From positions 498,001-562,000 of the forward strand of contig CM119373.1 in assembly GCA_051294905.1 (NCBI GenBank): a stretch of 64,000 bases of DNA, given 5' to 3'. Position 1 is the first letter of the stretch. Each line of letters opens with the position of its first letter. This stretch comes from Botryllus schlosseri (taxonomy: Eukaryota). A program made the translations under genes and the position numbers. The notes under the pieces are model-generated. The model was not told the origin of the DNA. It was given only the letters and a program-made list of their open reading frames with translations, and made no database searches. This document shows, in pieces, positions 1-12,900 of this stretch.

Positions 1-540
1 CTATCTCTACTTATTAGATTGTTATGTCATGCTGGCTTAAGAGTCACAGCATGACATTGAATAGCTTTGAATCTACGCAATTGGCCACGGACAGACTCGA
101 ACGGACGTAGTTGATTAGCGCTAATACTAAAACATAAGAAGATGTGTGTCAAAGGCCTAGTTATCAACAGGGCATGGTATGGTATGGTATGGAACGACAA
201 TTTTCCATACTCCATACTTGCCTTACTCTCTCCATACCATACTTGCAATTTTCCATACCATACAAACATTGTTCCATACCATACTTGATACATATTCCAT
301 ACTTTCAAATACTTCAATATCATAAGTATAGTACCTTTTCTAGCACCTATATTATTGATATTTCGGATGTCAGTTTTGCTTAAACCGGCCATGATGCGAA
401 TCTAATTCCTGGTGATAGTTTTACAGAGTCTGTCTTGGTGAGGTTTAGTTCACGATGGTGAGTTGACGTGTACGTATACTCTGCAGCTTCCGCGAGCAAA
501 ATGAGATAGTCAGCAGATTGTTATCTAGGACAGTCCATAA

Positions 541-1095
541 AATGGACGGGTAACATACGGCCCGCGGGCCAGATGCGGCCCGCGACGAGGTTTTGTCCGG
601 CTCGCGGACAGTTTCCCTTCTTGCATGATAATGTGGCCCGCGGCCTCAGTCTGCCGAGATTCCCCACTACTTGCCTAAACGTCAAATTTCAGTGACTATA
701 TGTTATTATATAGGTGTGCGCACTGCGCAGCGTGCGAGAGTGGAGCTTACGCGTAAGTTCGTCGAAGCGAGAAGACTTGTATTATCGGCATTTACGATGT
801 ACTCAACCCTAATGAATTGAAATATTGGTAAAATTTGGGTACCGGGCTTTAAACGCTTTAAAATCTTAATTAGGGATTTCACCGTGATTTAGTTGATCAG
901 AGAGAAGTAGACATGGAGAAGCAGACAGTATGACAATGCTGTTCTCAAATCCACATTGCATTGTCATTATCGGCGAGAAATGGCTCTGAACTCTGAAGTG
1001 ACATGTTGCTGTCGATAAAATACATTCATTAAATATGATTTATCCCTTGTATATATGCGCGAATAATGTATCCATTCAGCAATTGCCCGCCCCTG
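541..1095. mobile_element. hAT (Charlie/Buster-like) MITE, family shared with 24838-25975
   Basis: Degenerate TIR CAGGGGCGGGCAAC; TSD GTCCATAA/CTCCATAA; internal homology to the 24.8-kb copy. Confidence 0.85.
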
Positions 1096-1324
1096 CTCCA
1101 TAAGAATATCATCGCATTTCCGGTACATTGGCATGAGGCGCATGCAAGTTTGAAGTAAATACTCGCAAAATAATTTATAATATAGGCGCACCCATAAAAT
1201 GTCCCAGCTACAGGCTATCAATACTGCAGCGATCTGCGTGATTATTAGTACAGTATTTGGTTGAGGTTAGCGTGGCGAGAATTTCAAACTACATCTACCC
1301 CACTCCCTGATCTATAATCCTAAT

Positions 1325-2409
1325 CAGAGATGCCACTGGGATATTTAGGAAAAACCCAGATGTGGAGGCGAAATAAACCCAGAAAAACCCAGATCCTATA
1401 TTTCACTCAAAAGACACGAGATAGCTGTGAAAGTGGAGCCTGATAGTCGTCGCATACACTGATTCAGTCATTGAAGCCTTCGATATTGAATTTACAACAG
1501 TTCATAATACACATTTTGCTTGGTTAAAACTGCGAATCGCACAAAAAAACATGTTGTTTTCCTCTCGACACATTGCAATGAAACAATTGGGGCGCAGCGT
1601 GAATACTTAGTAGTGCACCGGTACTAATTATATCATCGCGCTGCGAAAGTTCAATGCAATGCCATCCATTCCCTATTACTAAGGATGATTTCATGTATTT
1701 TCAGCGAGTTGAACAGCTTGAAAGTAGCTTTCGATTGATTAATCCGACGACAATCACTTTTATTTGGAATAATCACAGACCAATCTATATTGGAAATGAA
1801 TAACTGCCAAATCATGAAATTCAGGGTTAGGGTTAGGTTTCGAATGTGCTGATAACCAATGCCTCTGATTAACTTGCTAGGGGTGTCCAACTATCTAACT
1901 CTCGCTCTCTGAGTGTTCCTGTTGGAACTAAATATACTCAGATAACAATAGGATTATATTAGTCGGATCATCACCTGGTCTGTTCATGTGCTCGCGTGCA
2001 TACCATACAGTTACATGATATATTTATCGATACATGCCGAATTGTTCACCAAGTGCCGAGTTCGCTACTGGCAATCGTCCTATATGAACATGACTTTCTG
2101 CGACCTGGAAGTTACCATTAAACGAAGCTCCATCGCATCAAGCCGAAGCCTCTCATTTTAGTAGTGAAATAGATTCTCAACACTCTGTCGTTACAATAAC
2201 AGCAAAATCCATCGACAATGGCGAACTGAAGTGCGTGCATTTTACGATATTGCGACCATACTAATCTTATAATTAAGTTTCGAGCTAAAAACTGACCTGG
2301 CGAACTGGATGTTGAAAAAACCCCAGATTTCAAGGATAAAAACCCAGAAACCCAGGTGACGCTCAAAAAACCCAGATCTGGGTTGAAAAACCCAGGAGTG
2401 GCATCTCTG
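1325..2409. mobile_element. Non-autonomous hAT element with AAAACCCAG subterminal repeats
   Basis: 13-bp TIR CAGAGATGCCACT; perfect 8-bp TSD ATCCTAAT. Confidence 0.92.
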
Positions 2410-3256
2410 ATCCTAATGTGAGATCGAATGAGGTAGTTGGAGTAGCCCACATTACCAATTATTGCGTCACACGATAGACTTTGCTCGGAGACGTCGTGTC
2501 TAGACTCAATAGAATATCGGATCAACATTACTGTTGTCATTGTTACATCACAAAATCATGTCATTCCAAGTGCTCCTAACACCGTTGCACAAGCGTGTAT
2601 TTGTTCCTACAGAGCATTCAATAGTTCACGTTCACGCATAACAAAAGCGATCGTATTCCGTGAACAGCGATCAACGTACGCTTCATGAAGCTTGCACAGA
2701 TCACGATAAAATGTATAAAATACCTAAGTATGGAAGTATGGAAATGTCGTTCCATACCATAGATCAAAATCTTCCATTCCATACCATACTTGCATTGTTC
2801 CATATTCCATACCAAAATATCGATCCATACCATACCATACTTCCATACCATACCATACCATACCATGCCCTGGTTATCAAAAGATACGAAGGCCTGAATC
2901 ACCTGAAATCGGTGCCATTATACAGAACAGATTCCACAGCAGACATCAATCGTATTAATTTGTGAAATAGTTCGTCGTTGCCGAGATTGCGTATTCGATT
3001 GTTCGCGCGCGTGTTCGTGAATAGCGAATAGTTGATATTGAAGCGGGACCGAGGAATCGCTAATGAACCGCTGGACTCGCTAGCAAGCTTACGCGTACTT
3101 ATACGCGTAAATGCGTCAACACGCTGAAGCTTGTCCTAGCCATGTATTATGGTCAGTTACTGATTTACGCACGTACGTAACGGTAATAAATTAATGCTAA
3201 CTTGATAAATTCGAAACAATTTCAAACCCCCCTTTTTATTCAAACCCCTCCCTTTT

Positions 3257-3589
3257 TCATCTGGCCACCCCATGTGAAAATAAAAGTCGGCGCCTATGCT
3301 TACCATTATACGTTTCTCCATATATTTGTGCCTTATCTTCAGCCATTCGTAGGCCTTCGTCTCTTAGTACGGTGAGCTGTTCAGACAGGACCTTGATCCT
3401 CGTTAACTTTTCCCCGCTTGAAGAACTTAGTTCATCTTTTAAGCGGCTGATAAGCATTCCGTCACCAGCTCCTCCGACTCTAACGAGCTTCAGCATCTTA
3501 TCGGCACAATCATCTATTTCTTCCACCCTCATCTTCACTCTTCTACATTCTTCAACCTCCGCTACATTCGAATCTTGATGGTGTGCCAT
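3257..3589 (-). pseudogene. Divergent ING-family (inhibitor of growth) N-terminal-domain-like ORF; retrocopy/pseudogene or first exon
   Basis: SSSSGEKL...AEDKAQIYGETYNGKHRRRL resembles ING4/5 SLSSEEKL...[22 protein letters not shown] (recalled, not searched). No PHD finger in the window. A possible donor G|GTAAGC follows 3304. Confidence 0.5.
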
Positions 3590-4154
3590 GGCATATCTTT
3601 ATCGATTGCTATTGACTAGGGATAAACACAAACGATTACCCGATAAATTCGATAATTAATTAATCGACTATTAGGGTTCGAGTCAAGTCGAGTATTTCAA
3701 TGTGACATTTAATAACATCATAACATTAGAAATGATGCGGAAAGTTAAGTATGTGCGTCTCTTTCACCACAAAGAATACAATTATTTCCTATCATCCGGC
3801 GTGGGCAACCTTTTCGACCAAAGCGCCACATTCGATTTACAAACCTACCTACTATACCTGATCTTGGATACTTGCGTGGAGGATTTGCGTTTAATCTCGT
3901 GAATCTGCCATGTATTTTAACTTGCCGACGAGAAAATAGAAGTCATTATCACCTCATTCAATGTTGTTAATCCTATAGGCTAGTTAGCTGTTGCCTCCTT
4001 CGATTATATCTGCTAGCGGACATTGCTGTGATATTATCTAGAACCAGTGAGCCATCTTCTGTACCAAGCCGGTATCGTAATTATTATTTGAGTAGGACAA
4101 TGGAAATAAAGTTCTGAATGTTATGCTTGCACAGAAGTTTTGCTTCCTTTATAA

Positions 4155-5134
4155 CAGGGGTCGCCAACTCAAAACAGGTCGCGGGCCACTTTTCAAGTTT
4201 CGAAGCGGCCACGGGCCGCATGAATTCAATATCGGTATAAACTAAGCAACCATCGTTTTGAGACTCTACGTCAGTACGACTCCGTGCTACTTAATTTAGG
4301 CAATGGGCGTAGTGACCACGAAAGAATTAATATTTTATCAAAGGAATACAAATACAACAAAAAATCGTTATCATTAATTTCATTTTATTTTGAAGTCTGA
4401 GCTGTGCACGTTACTGGAAACGCTTTTCAGCGAATAAGGACTCGATATTGGGGCTAGCGAGATAGTTACTAGCTGAAAGACATCTCCACGTAAAGCTTGA
4501 TCTTGTGGGGAAGCCCTAAGCCAGTGGTTCCCAAACATTTTTAGACACGCCCCCCTTATTGATCTGAAAACTTTCGCTCCCCCCTTATCGTCATATCACA
4601 AAATGCAACCAGAATGCTAGCAATCCCGTCGGATAGTTAGATGGCATTGAAGGTTATGACTGTTGATATACACAAAATACACGGACCGTACACAAATTTA
4701 AATTTGATGCAAATCGCGCGGAGCGCAAAAAAATTTTCAGTTGACCGCAGCTCTGCGCCCGCTTCAGATGCTTTCACGCCCCCACAAGAGGGGCGCGCCC
4801 CCCAGTGAACCACTGCAGTATGCCGTTTTATAGGCGTCTCGATCTTGACAGTGTTTTGGCCATTGCACGTCAAGGCAATATGCCCAGCCCATTCAATTCA
4901 GCAGATTATTCTTCCTCGATGGAATGCTGTTGCCATCCCCAAAGCCATTTTAGCTAGTGACGAATAGTGATGTTGGGCACAGGAGAATAGCTTATTTCGA
5001 AACAACAACAACAACAACAACAGCAATACTTGAAACTGCATTTCAAAATGGTTTTCTCAGCTTTCCTCTGAAATCTCAAATCACGTCGCGGGCCGCAAAA
5101 TATGACTTCGCGGGCCGCGTGTTGGTGACCCCTG
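4155..5134. mobile_element. Non-autonomous hAT element; contains a probable small nested MITE at about 4522-4815
   Basis: TIR CAGGGGTC(G/A)CCAAC; perfect TSD CTTTATAA; the paralogous empty site is visible at about 6700. Confidence 0.93.
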
Positions 5135-5451
5135 CTTTATAACCTATACTAAACGTGATAGTTCTGGCCGAGTAATCATAGTGGGAGGATTGGGAATCAA
5201 TCGACCAGGAGGAATTTCCCAATGCTTTGAAGTAATGGATGAGTGAAGTGGAATCAGTTGTGGCGTATGTGGCATATTCCCGACCGTGAGGGAACTCAAG
5301 AAGCATGGGAAAGTGCGTAAACTCCCGTCACCAACTGAGCAAATTGACATCGACCGAGTAATTGGCATTTTGAAGATTGCTTACCACAATCATCATTCTA
5401 TTTGCACTTGTCAGGCGCTTAAATGCTGTGTTCTGTGACATTGGTACTGAC

Positions 5452-6385
5452 AATGATCATTGGTTTATTAGCAATTTTATCAGTTCAATACACCACAAAA
5501 AATGCGATACAATGAAAAGACAGGAAGATGTCGAAGCGACAAGGAGTAGTCTATGGAATCTGACTGACACCCACCTTGGCCTAGGCGATGTAAAGAGGAG
5601 GCATGCACACTGAATGAAAGTAAAGAATATAGTATAGAAAAAGAAAGCGACAAGAAATAGGGCGGCATGTCATGGGAAGCGAGATCGATAGGTCAGTCGT
5701 GGTCCGGTAATCTTGTGGATGGACTGTATTTATTTAGTAGTAATTGCTTGTATTTCGACTTGAATGTGGACATGCTCGTCGACTGTCGGATGGCCGGCGG
5801 GATGCTGTACCACACATCAGGTCCGGCATATTTGATAGAGCGTTGATCTTTCCGGTCGATCATATGATGTTTGGACGACGTGGACGCGCGTGTGTTGTAC
5901 TTGTGCGCTTTTGATTCAGAGGTAAAGAAGTCATTGAAATATTCGGGGCAACGACCGCAGTGAAACTGATACATAAACTTGGCGATTTCTAGTTTCCGCA
6001 TATCTTCTATGTTTAGGACGCCGCATCTCTTCAGCAGCGACTTATTGGATGGGCAGCCAGGCCCCTTTGGGGCTCTAGCTATGATTCGGAGTACTTTATG
6101 CTGTAGTTTCTGCAGTGGCTTGAGTGCAGTTTTACTGGCAGCCCCCCAACTTCGATTGGATTAAGGGTATCAGAAGAACCCATGCTGGCATGAAGCGCCC
6201 AAGGCTGTAGATCAGGCCGCACTACGGTGATAATTTAGTTTCTAGGGACTGAATATGACTCTTCCAGGACATGTTCGAGTCCAGTAAAACTCCGAGATAT
6301 TTGGCATTATCTGTGTTGGAAACGGGCTGACCAGCGATATTAACGGTTAGGTTATTTTTTGAATTTACATACAAATTCGATGTCT
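5452..6385 (-). mobile_element. 5'-truncated LINE (CR1/L2 group), ORF2 C-terminus plus 3' UTR
   Basis: KYLGVLLDSNMSWKSHI, LQKLQHKVLRII, HKYNTR, SIKYAGPDVWYSIP...FKSKYK motifs; AATAAA on minus at 5464-5469. Confidence 0.9.
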
Positions 6386-7273
6386 TAATATGGTCGTATA
6401 AGTGTAGGCTGATCTCGGATACTTGCGTGAAGCACGCTTGCGTTTAATCTCGTGAAACTGTCATGTATTTTAACTTGCCGACGAGAAAATAGAAGTCATT
6501 ATTATCGCATTCAATGTTGTTGATCGTATAGGCTAGCTAGCTGTTGCCTCCTTCGATTATATCTGATAGCGGACATTGCTGTGATATTATCTAGAACCAG
6601 TGAGCCATCTTCTGTACCGAGCCGGTATTGTAATTATTATTTCAGTAGCGCAACGGAAATAAAGTTCTGAATGTTATGCTTGCACAGAAGTTTTGATTTC
6701 TTTATAACCTATACTAAACGTGATAGTTATGGCCAAATAATCATAGTGGGAGGATTGGGAATCAATCGACCAGCAGAAATTTCCCAATGCTTAGAAGGAA
6801 TGGATGAGTGAAGTGGAATCAGTTGTGGCATGGGAAAGTGCACAAACTCCCGTCACCAACTGAGCAAATTGACATCGACCGAGTAATTGACATTTTGAAG
6901 ATTGCTTACCACAATCGTCATTCTATTTCCATGTTTGGGCCACGGCTTAATTGGATTTTAATTTTGTTGTTCCACTTGTCAGGCGCTTGAATGGTGTGTT
7001 CTGTGACATTTGTACTGATGGCATATCTACTTGTGATATCAAACCATTAGGCCTGCCATACCCCAAATTTAGCTGTTTAAATTCGTAACTGATATGAACA
7101 AAATCTGGAATATGTTTGTGCCTCTCTGTCACTGGCAACTCTTTTCTTGGAAAACGGATCTTCCTTTCTTTTTATATGAATATAAACATAGCAATTGGAA
7201 TGGTTTGGGGCATTGGTTTCTCCATCTGAGTGAGAGATACCACGCATACTTTTATGAATATGCTACATCTTTC

Positions 7274-7487
7274 AGGCAGAGCTCCCATTTTGAGTAGCTT
7301 TCTGGTTTTCAGCTGAATGATATCAGACTCCTCAAAATGATTCTCGCAGATATCGGCTCTATTGTAAATTGCTCCAGCTGTTAATTCGGTTGAATTTGAG
7401 ACAGCTGCTAGCTTACGTCTCCAGCGACGTATTGATACGCGGATTATTCACATAGCTACGTCCAGGGATAGCGCAGTTGTTGAGCAC
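7274..7487 (-). pseudogene. THAP zinc-finger domain remnant (probably from a P-like transposon)
   Basis: NNCAIPGRS, then a frameshift, then RRWRRK...DICENHFEESDI...LLKMGALP, matching the THAP C..W..CxxHF..LKxxAxP layout. Confidence 0.75.
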
Positions 7488-8842
7488 AATTGCAGGGGGA
7501 ACTCTATTATTTTTATCTGCGTAAGACGCGAAATGTACAACGGGATATAAGGCAATGCGATGTAGCCTAGTGAACAGAAAGGAAGATGTCAAAACAAATG
7601 AGTACAATCTTCCAATGTAACATCCACCTCGGCCTAATGCCCGATGAAACAGTGTACGATATTGATCTGTCGGAAGTGATAACTTTTTCTTTGCTCTTTT
7701 TCATTCGCTTTCCGTGGGTAGGCTATCCGTTTTTTCATCGTTTGCGTATGCACAGAAAATTGTTTGGTCAGTTCTGTACCGGTATCATCGGCTGTCAACG
7801 GCCACTCCATTATTACCGCATAAAGCCTTATCAATTGTAGCATTGGCTACGAGTTTACGGGATTCGAACACATAGTCGGCCGCGGAGAACTTATCGCTGA
7901 ATAAGGCATTGCGGGGAATTGATTTCAGACGTGTTCTGGGTTGAGGACAGTTGTGATTTTTTTAGTGAGAACATATTGATGCTTCCTCGTAACTTGCAAA
8001 ATTTTAAACGTCTACCTCGAATATTTCCACCCTTTTTCGGCGGTCAAATTCGTCCATGTATTTCCGAAATTCCCTATACTTTTACATGTAAAATAGGACA
8101 ATCGGACTTTCGCGAACGGAATTTCACTGCGCAAAGTCAAGCGTGACGGATCTAAACTGAAAAACAATGAGTCGTCGCTCCATCCTACAATCTCTATAAT
8201 GTAGCCTAGTGAACAGAAAGGAAGATGTCAAAACGAATAAGTAGGCCTACAATCTTCCAATGTAACATCCACCTCGGCCTAATGCCCGATGAAACAGTGT
8301 ACGATATTGATCTGTCGGATGTGATAATTTTTTCTTTGCTTTTTTTCATTCGCTTTCTGTGTGTAGGCTATCCGTTTTTTCATCGTTTGCGTATACACAG
8401 AAAATAGTTTGGGCAATTCTGTACCGGTATCATCGGCTGTCAACGGCCACTCAATTAATACCGCACAAAGTCTTATCAATTATAGCATTGTCTACGAGTT
8501 TACGGGATTCGAACAGATAGTCGGCCGCGGAGAACTTATCGCTGAATAAGGCATTGCGGGGAATTGATTTCAGACGTGTTCTGGGTTGAGGACAGTTTTG
8601 AATTTCTTTTAGTGAGAACATATTGATGCTTCCTCGTAACATGCAAAATTTTAAACGTCTACCTCGAATATTTCCACCCTTTTTCGGCGGTCAAATTCGT
8701 CCATGTATTTCCGAAATTGCCTATACTTTTACATGCAAAATAGGACAATCAGACTTTCGCGAACGGAATTTCACTACGCAAAGTCAAGCGTGAGGGATCT
8801 AAACTGAGAACGAGTATAGATAACTAACCTACGGATAGATAC

Positions 8843-9909
8843 CAGAGATGAGCATGGATTAGGATTAGGATTTGAAAAAAAGGATTTGTGAAATTTTGTC
8901 GGATTTGGATTGGATTTGGATTAGACATTTTTTTCAGAACGGATTAGGATTTGGATTGGATTTACCTATTTTCTGGGAGATTGAAATGTCGTGTGGCGAA
9001 TGGCAATAAACTTTATTCAGATCAGTGATTAATGTACTTATGTTTACTAAGTTGTCTTGAATCAAGTGAATCGTTCTTGTGAAAGACAATTTTCGAATCC
9101 CTCCATTGCATAAATTTGTATTTTTTCTAAATTTCCAGTTAGAATCGGATCTCATCTGTACCTTTACGTACCAATTTATCGCCTTACTACCGTAAGCATC
9201 GAATTTTGCGAGTTAATGAACTATATCGCTTCGAAGTATCGAAAGTTGTTCACAAATATTTCTCCAATAGTCTGCCTTCTGTGTTTGATGACTTTTTCAT
9301 ACCTGCTAAACATGTCCATTCCCATTACACGAGATCCTCGTCTAAAGGAAACATCTACTTACCCCCACCCAATAGCAACCTAACTAAGAGATCTATCGAC
9401 TACTCGGGACCTATCATCTGGAATGCATTACCACCACATATCCGTGAATTGCCTTATAATAGATTCAAAAAAGCCCTACTTGATCACCTCTTATCGTTAC
9501 ACTAACACTGTTGCCCTACCTCGCCCAGACATTGCTTCATTGATCATTTGCTACCATTGTTTGATTTTTTTTCTATTTTCCTTTCTTAACTAAACATTTT
9601 TTTACAGCCAGACTGTTCAGAGTCAAGTGTACCTGTTTGATGCTGGTGTGATCAGACAAGATGACCTTCACGGTCTTATCGATCATTCCTATCTAATACC
9701 GAATACTGTGCACGCATATTTTCTGTACCACCATCACTGCCGTTTGTTATGTATTTTGATTCGATGAAAATAAAGACTCTCTCGCTCTCTCTTAGGATTG
9801 GACATGGACTTGGATATGAAAAAGTTATTGATTAGGATTTTGATTTGGATTTGAAGGTTCGGATTTGGATTGGATTAGGACATAGAAATTTCAAATCCGC
9901 TCATCTCTG
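8843..9909. mobile_element. hAT MITE with GGATT(A/T/G) subterminal repeats, nested in the foldback MITE
   Basis: TIR CAGAGATGAGC; perfect 8-bp TSD ATAGATAC. Confidence 0.92.
9160..9792 (+). mobile_element. LINE (CR1/L2 group) 3' fragment with (TC)n tail
   Basis: ORF 9206-9505 with HSHYTR and SIDYSGPIIWNALP...FKKAL; AATAAA followed by ctctctcgctctctct. Confidence 0.9.
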
Positions 9910-12900
9910 ATAGATACGCAACACCCTTCCTCACGCTTGCTTGCCCGGAGGTAATCACTGCTCAGCAATCTGAACGCAACGTAATTGCCAATCCCATAGC
10001 TGACGACCAGCGCGCTTTAATTCAATAAAGTTGATCTTATTTGAAAGCTACTGTTGCACTGATTCTGAAAACATACATTAAAATCTAATCAGGGCAATGG
10101 AACCCCCTTGAAATACACTTTAAAGTTTGAAAATCGGCATTGTTCTAAACAATCGCAGCGACGCAGCACAATGACCATAACAATGGCCCTTGCGTGGTTG
10201 CGATTGTTCAGAACAATGTTAATTTTCAGACTTTGAGGTGTATTTCAAGAGGGTTTCATTGCCCTTATTAGAATTTAATGCATATTTTCAGGATCAGTAC
10301 GACAGTAGCTTTCAAATAAGATCAACTTTATTGAATTTAAGTGCGCGGGTTGTCAGCTATGGGATTGGCAATTATGTTGCGTTCATATTGCTGAGCAGTG
10401 ATTTCCTCCGGGTAAGCAAGCGTGACGATGGGTGTTGCGTATCTATCCGTAGGTTAGTTATCTATAGAACGAGAACGAGAATGAGTCGTCGCTCCATCCT
10501 ACAATCTCTATAGTGTCGTCAAGCCTACGTCTTCTAGCGAATACAAGTATGGCTCCTAAATTATTGAACCCCCTAAGATTAACATGAAATGCCCACAGTA
10601 ACAAGGGGTATGATCGCTAAAAAGGTTAAGAAGCAATGCTATTACCATGGCTCAATAATGATTTTATTTAAGTTGTTGATATGTTTCAATAATAATCGAA
10701 GGCAAAATCTGACGATGATTTAATTTGACTTAGGCAATCACGACTATATCAAAACCAGAATTAGGCTACACCGCTCAAATGCTCTGATATCAGATCAATA
10801 TTCAGTAGATTTTAAAATAATCTACATAAAATTGTGGCACGTCAAAGGTCGACTATAAGCTGCAATATTATAAACCGACAGTTTTACGATATCATGATTC
10901 ATCCTCTCGCATGATATCAATAATTCATTAATTAAAAAAAATATGCCCGGCAAATAAAAACAATTTTATTCAAATATTTGTAAATGTGATTTATTTTCGT
11001 GTCAAGCGTGAATAGTAGAATTGTAAATTACATTTCCACGATGTTTGTGGAATGCCTGTCTGCAAGGTCCCTTCAAATAAGGAATACTTGGGAAATATAC
11101 ATTGAATATCTGTATTAATGATGCTGCGGCCCGCGGCGTCATCAAAAACCAGGAAATTTGTCCGCGAGCACATTTGAGTTTGAGACCTCTGGTTTAGATA
11201 TTCCGTGTAACTTGGTGCAGTCACTACTGGGTCGCTGAATAATTGCCTAGACTCTTGCATCTGCCTATTCAAGTGCCTTCTATTAGGGACGGTGGAGATC
11301 CCTGATCTATAGGACCCTTTCCGTATTCTTGGACTTAACATCTTAAATTGATGTTGTGATTTCATGGTTGTGTAATTGACTTTTCCACTTATAATTCAAC
11401 TAATTAAGTTTCCTTTTCAAATGAAGGGACTGTGTAGGAGATCCCTGTTATCGTCCAACCATGAAATATAACCGAGAGACATCCTGTCCTAGAGTAATAT
11501 GCCTTTGGTATAAAACTACTGATTCGAGAGAATCAGTAGACTCTTTTGCTAAACCTACTTGTAACAATGTCTGAAACATATTCGTATGTCTTGTGTAATA
11601 TTGGCGTCTTAAGAAGATCTCACCAGGATACAGGATTCCAGGTTAAGTAGTCAGCCAGCTGAACCTATAATACTTTGGTTAGCTATACTTCTACTTCCAG
11701 GAACGATATCTTTGCATTGTTGCAGTGGTCAGACAATAAGGATGCACATTATACTTGTAGCCCTGATACACATGTGCCACTGCTTAAATATCTAAATAAT
11801 TTTCCGAAAAACCTTGGCATAGTCAGCGATGGGCAAGCAGAAAGTGTAACCCAATATCTGAAAATGATGGGGGTAAAAAACCAGAGTAGATTGGAGCTTA
11901 CATATGTTAGCTGACTATTGCTCGAGTATCAAACTAGATAACCCACAGAATTATGGGTTATTCGCGTGAATTTGGACCCTGAAACTCGCACTTTACTTGT
12001 CCTGCAGAAGAAATATCAGTTTAATCAACCAAATAAACCAGTACAAATGGTTATTTGAATTTATCGCAAATATCGATATTCTGGCATGTTTATGCTACTA
12101 CGACTTCCATATTCCCTCTCAGTAGTTTTTAAGCTCCTCTTCTGACTATATTTTAACGGGAAGATCTATATCATTGCAGAACAATTCCGTCGACGACTAC
12201 GACTATCTCAATAATATTGTCGATTGTTCTTGAAGTCATTTGTCAAATGATAGTAGCATGAAATTTACTTCGCTCCGCATTGTTAGCCACTGCTATTGGA
12301 TACTCTTCATGAATGTTCTATTGTGTGCGTGTCGTCCTTGCTGTTACAATAGTATAATACAATATCGAACATTCATCTGTCGAGAACGTTCCTGTCAAGG
12401 TTCGGTTGTACGCTTTAACGACACTGTACAAAATGCCTTCTGATCTGATGAGAGATTAATCTTAAATTGACGATGCCTCGCATTCATACTACTCATTTTT
12501 CTCACCAATAACTATTCAAAGAGACAAGACAGTGTCCGTTTCTGATGCGCGAGGCATGTATCAAGTCCAGTGGCGGCTCGTGACAATATCGGGCGGTGGG
12601 GCAAGGGCTGCGAGCGACTTTTATCAACATGACGTCACAATGGCGTTTTCCAACGTTAAAAAGTAACTTTAATATGATGGTCACATGAATTTCCCGACAA
12701 CAGTGATTTTAACGTAGGTGCCGCGAGAGGTTTGCCGGTGAGCCGTGACTTGAAGTGTGGTAACAAATGTTTTATTCATTTTTTTTTTAATCAAAGGATT
12801 ATTTTACATAATGTACGTGAACTAAGAATCGTCCCTATGCCACGAATCAATTATCAGGTCATCCTTAGTAGCATGCGTTATGATTTCATGGTAGAGTTAG

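Larger units (their letters stand above)
168..2872. mobile_element. Non-autonomous hAT-type element with (TATGG)n subterminal repeats; hosts two nested MITEs
   Basis: TIR CAGGGCATGGTATGGTATGGTATGG; perfect 8-bp TSD GTTATCAA at 160-167 and 2873-2880. Confidence 0.92.
3858..7018 (+). repeat. About 600-bp direct duplication (3858-5450, interrupted by the hAT element; 6409-7018)
   Basis: Colinear high similarity from ctgatct(t/c)ggatacttgcgtg to gtgacatt(g/t)gtactga. Confidence 0.9.
8815..10466. mobile_element. Fully palindromic (foldback) MITE with 7-bp TSD, P-like termini
   Basis: Arms TATAGATAACTAACCTACGGATAGATAC... inverted about a centre near 10185; TSD GAACGAG at 8808-8814 and 10467-10473; absent from the paralogous unit near 8160. 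Confidence 0.88.
7560..10512 (+). repeat. Tandem duplication of a ~640-bp unit (7560-8198; 8199-8814 plus 10474-10512); second copy interrupted by MITEs
   Basis: Both copies start tgtagcctagtgaacagaaaggaagatg and end gagtcgtcgctccatcctacaatctctata. Confidence 0.92.

Noticed and set aside
27..392. W/Y/G-rich ORFs here and at 2618-2965
   Set aside because: Products of (TATGG)n subterminal repeats of the 168-2872 element
380..482. Possible second exon for the ING-like ORF (CTGCAG| acceptor, phase-compatible)
   Set aside because: Lies inside a TIR/TSD-bounded transposon and shows no ING similarity
1764..1778. Telomere-like AGGGTTAGGGTTAGG
   Set aside because: Only about two units, inside a MITE; not an interstitial telomeric array
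5001..5022. (AAC)n run giving poly-Thr in a 61-aa ORF
   Set aside because: Short microsatellite within a hAT element; no coding evidence
11770..11860. RalGAP-like exon (ILGYTFCLPIADYAKVFRKII*IFKQW)
   Set aside because: In-frame stop, no supporting exons; a decayed RT or chance similarity is as likely
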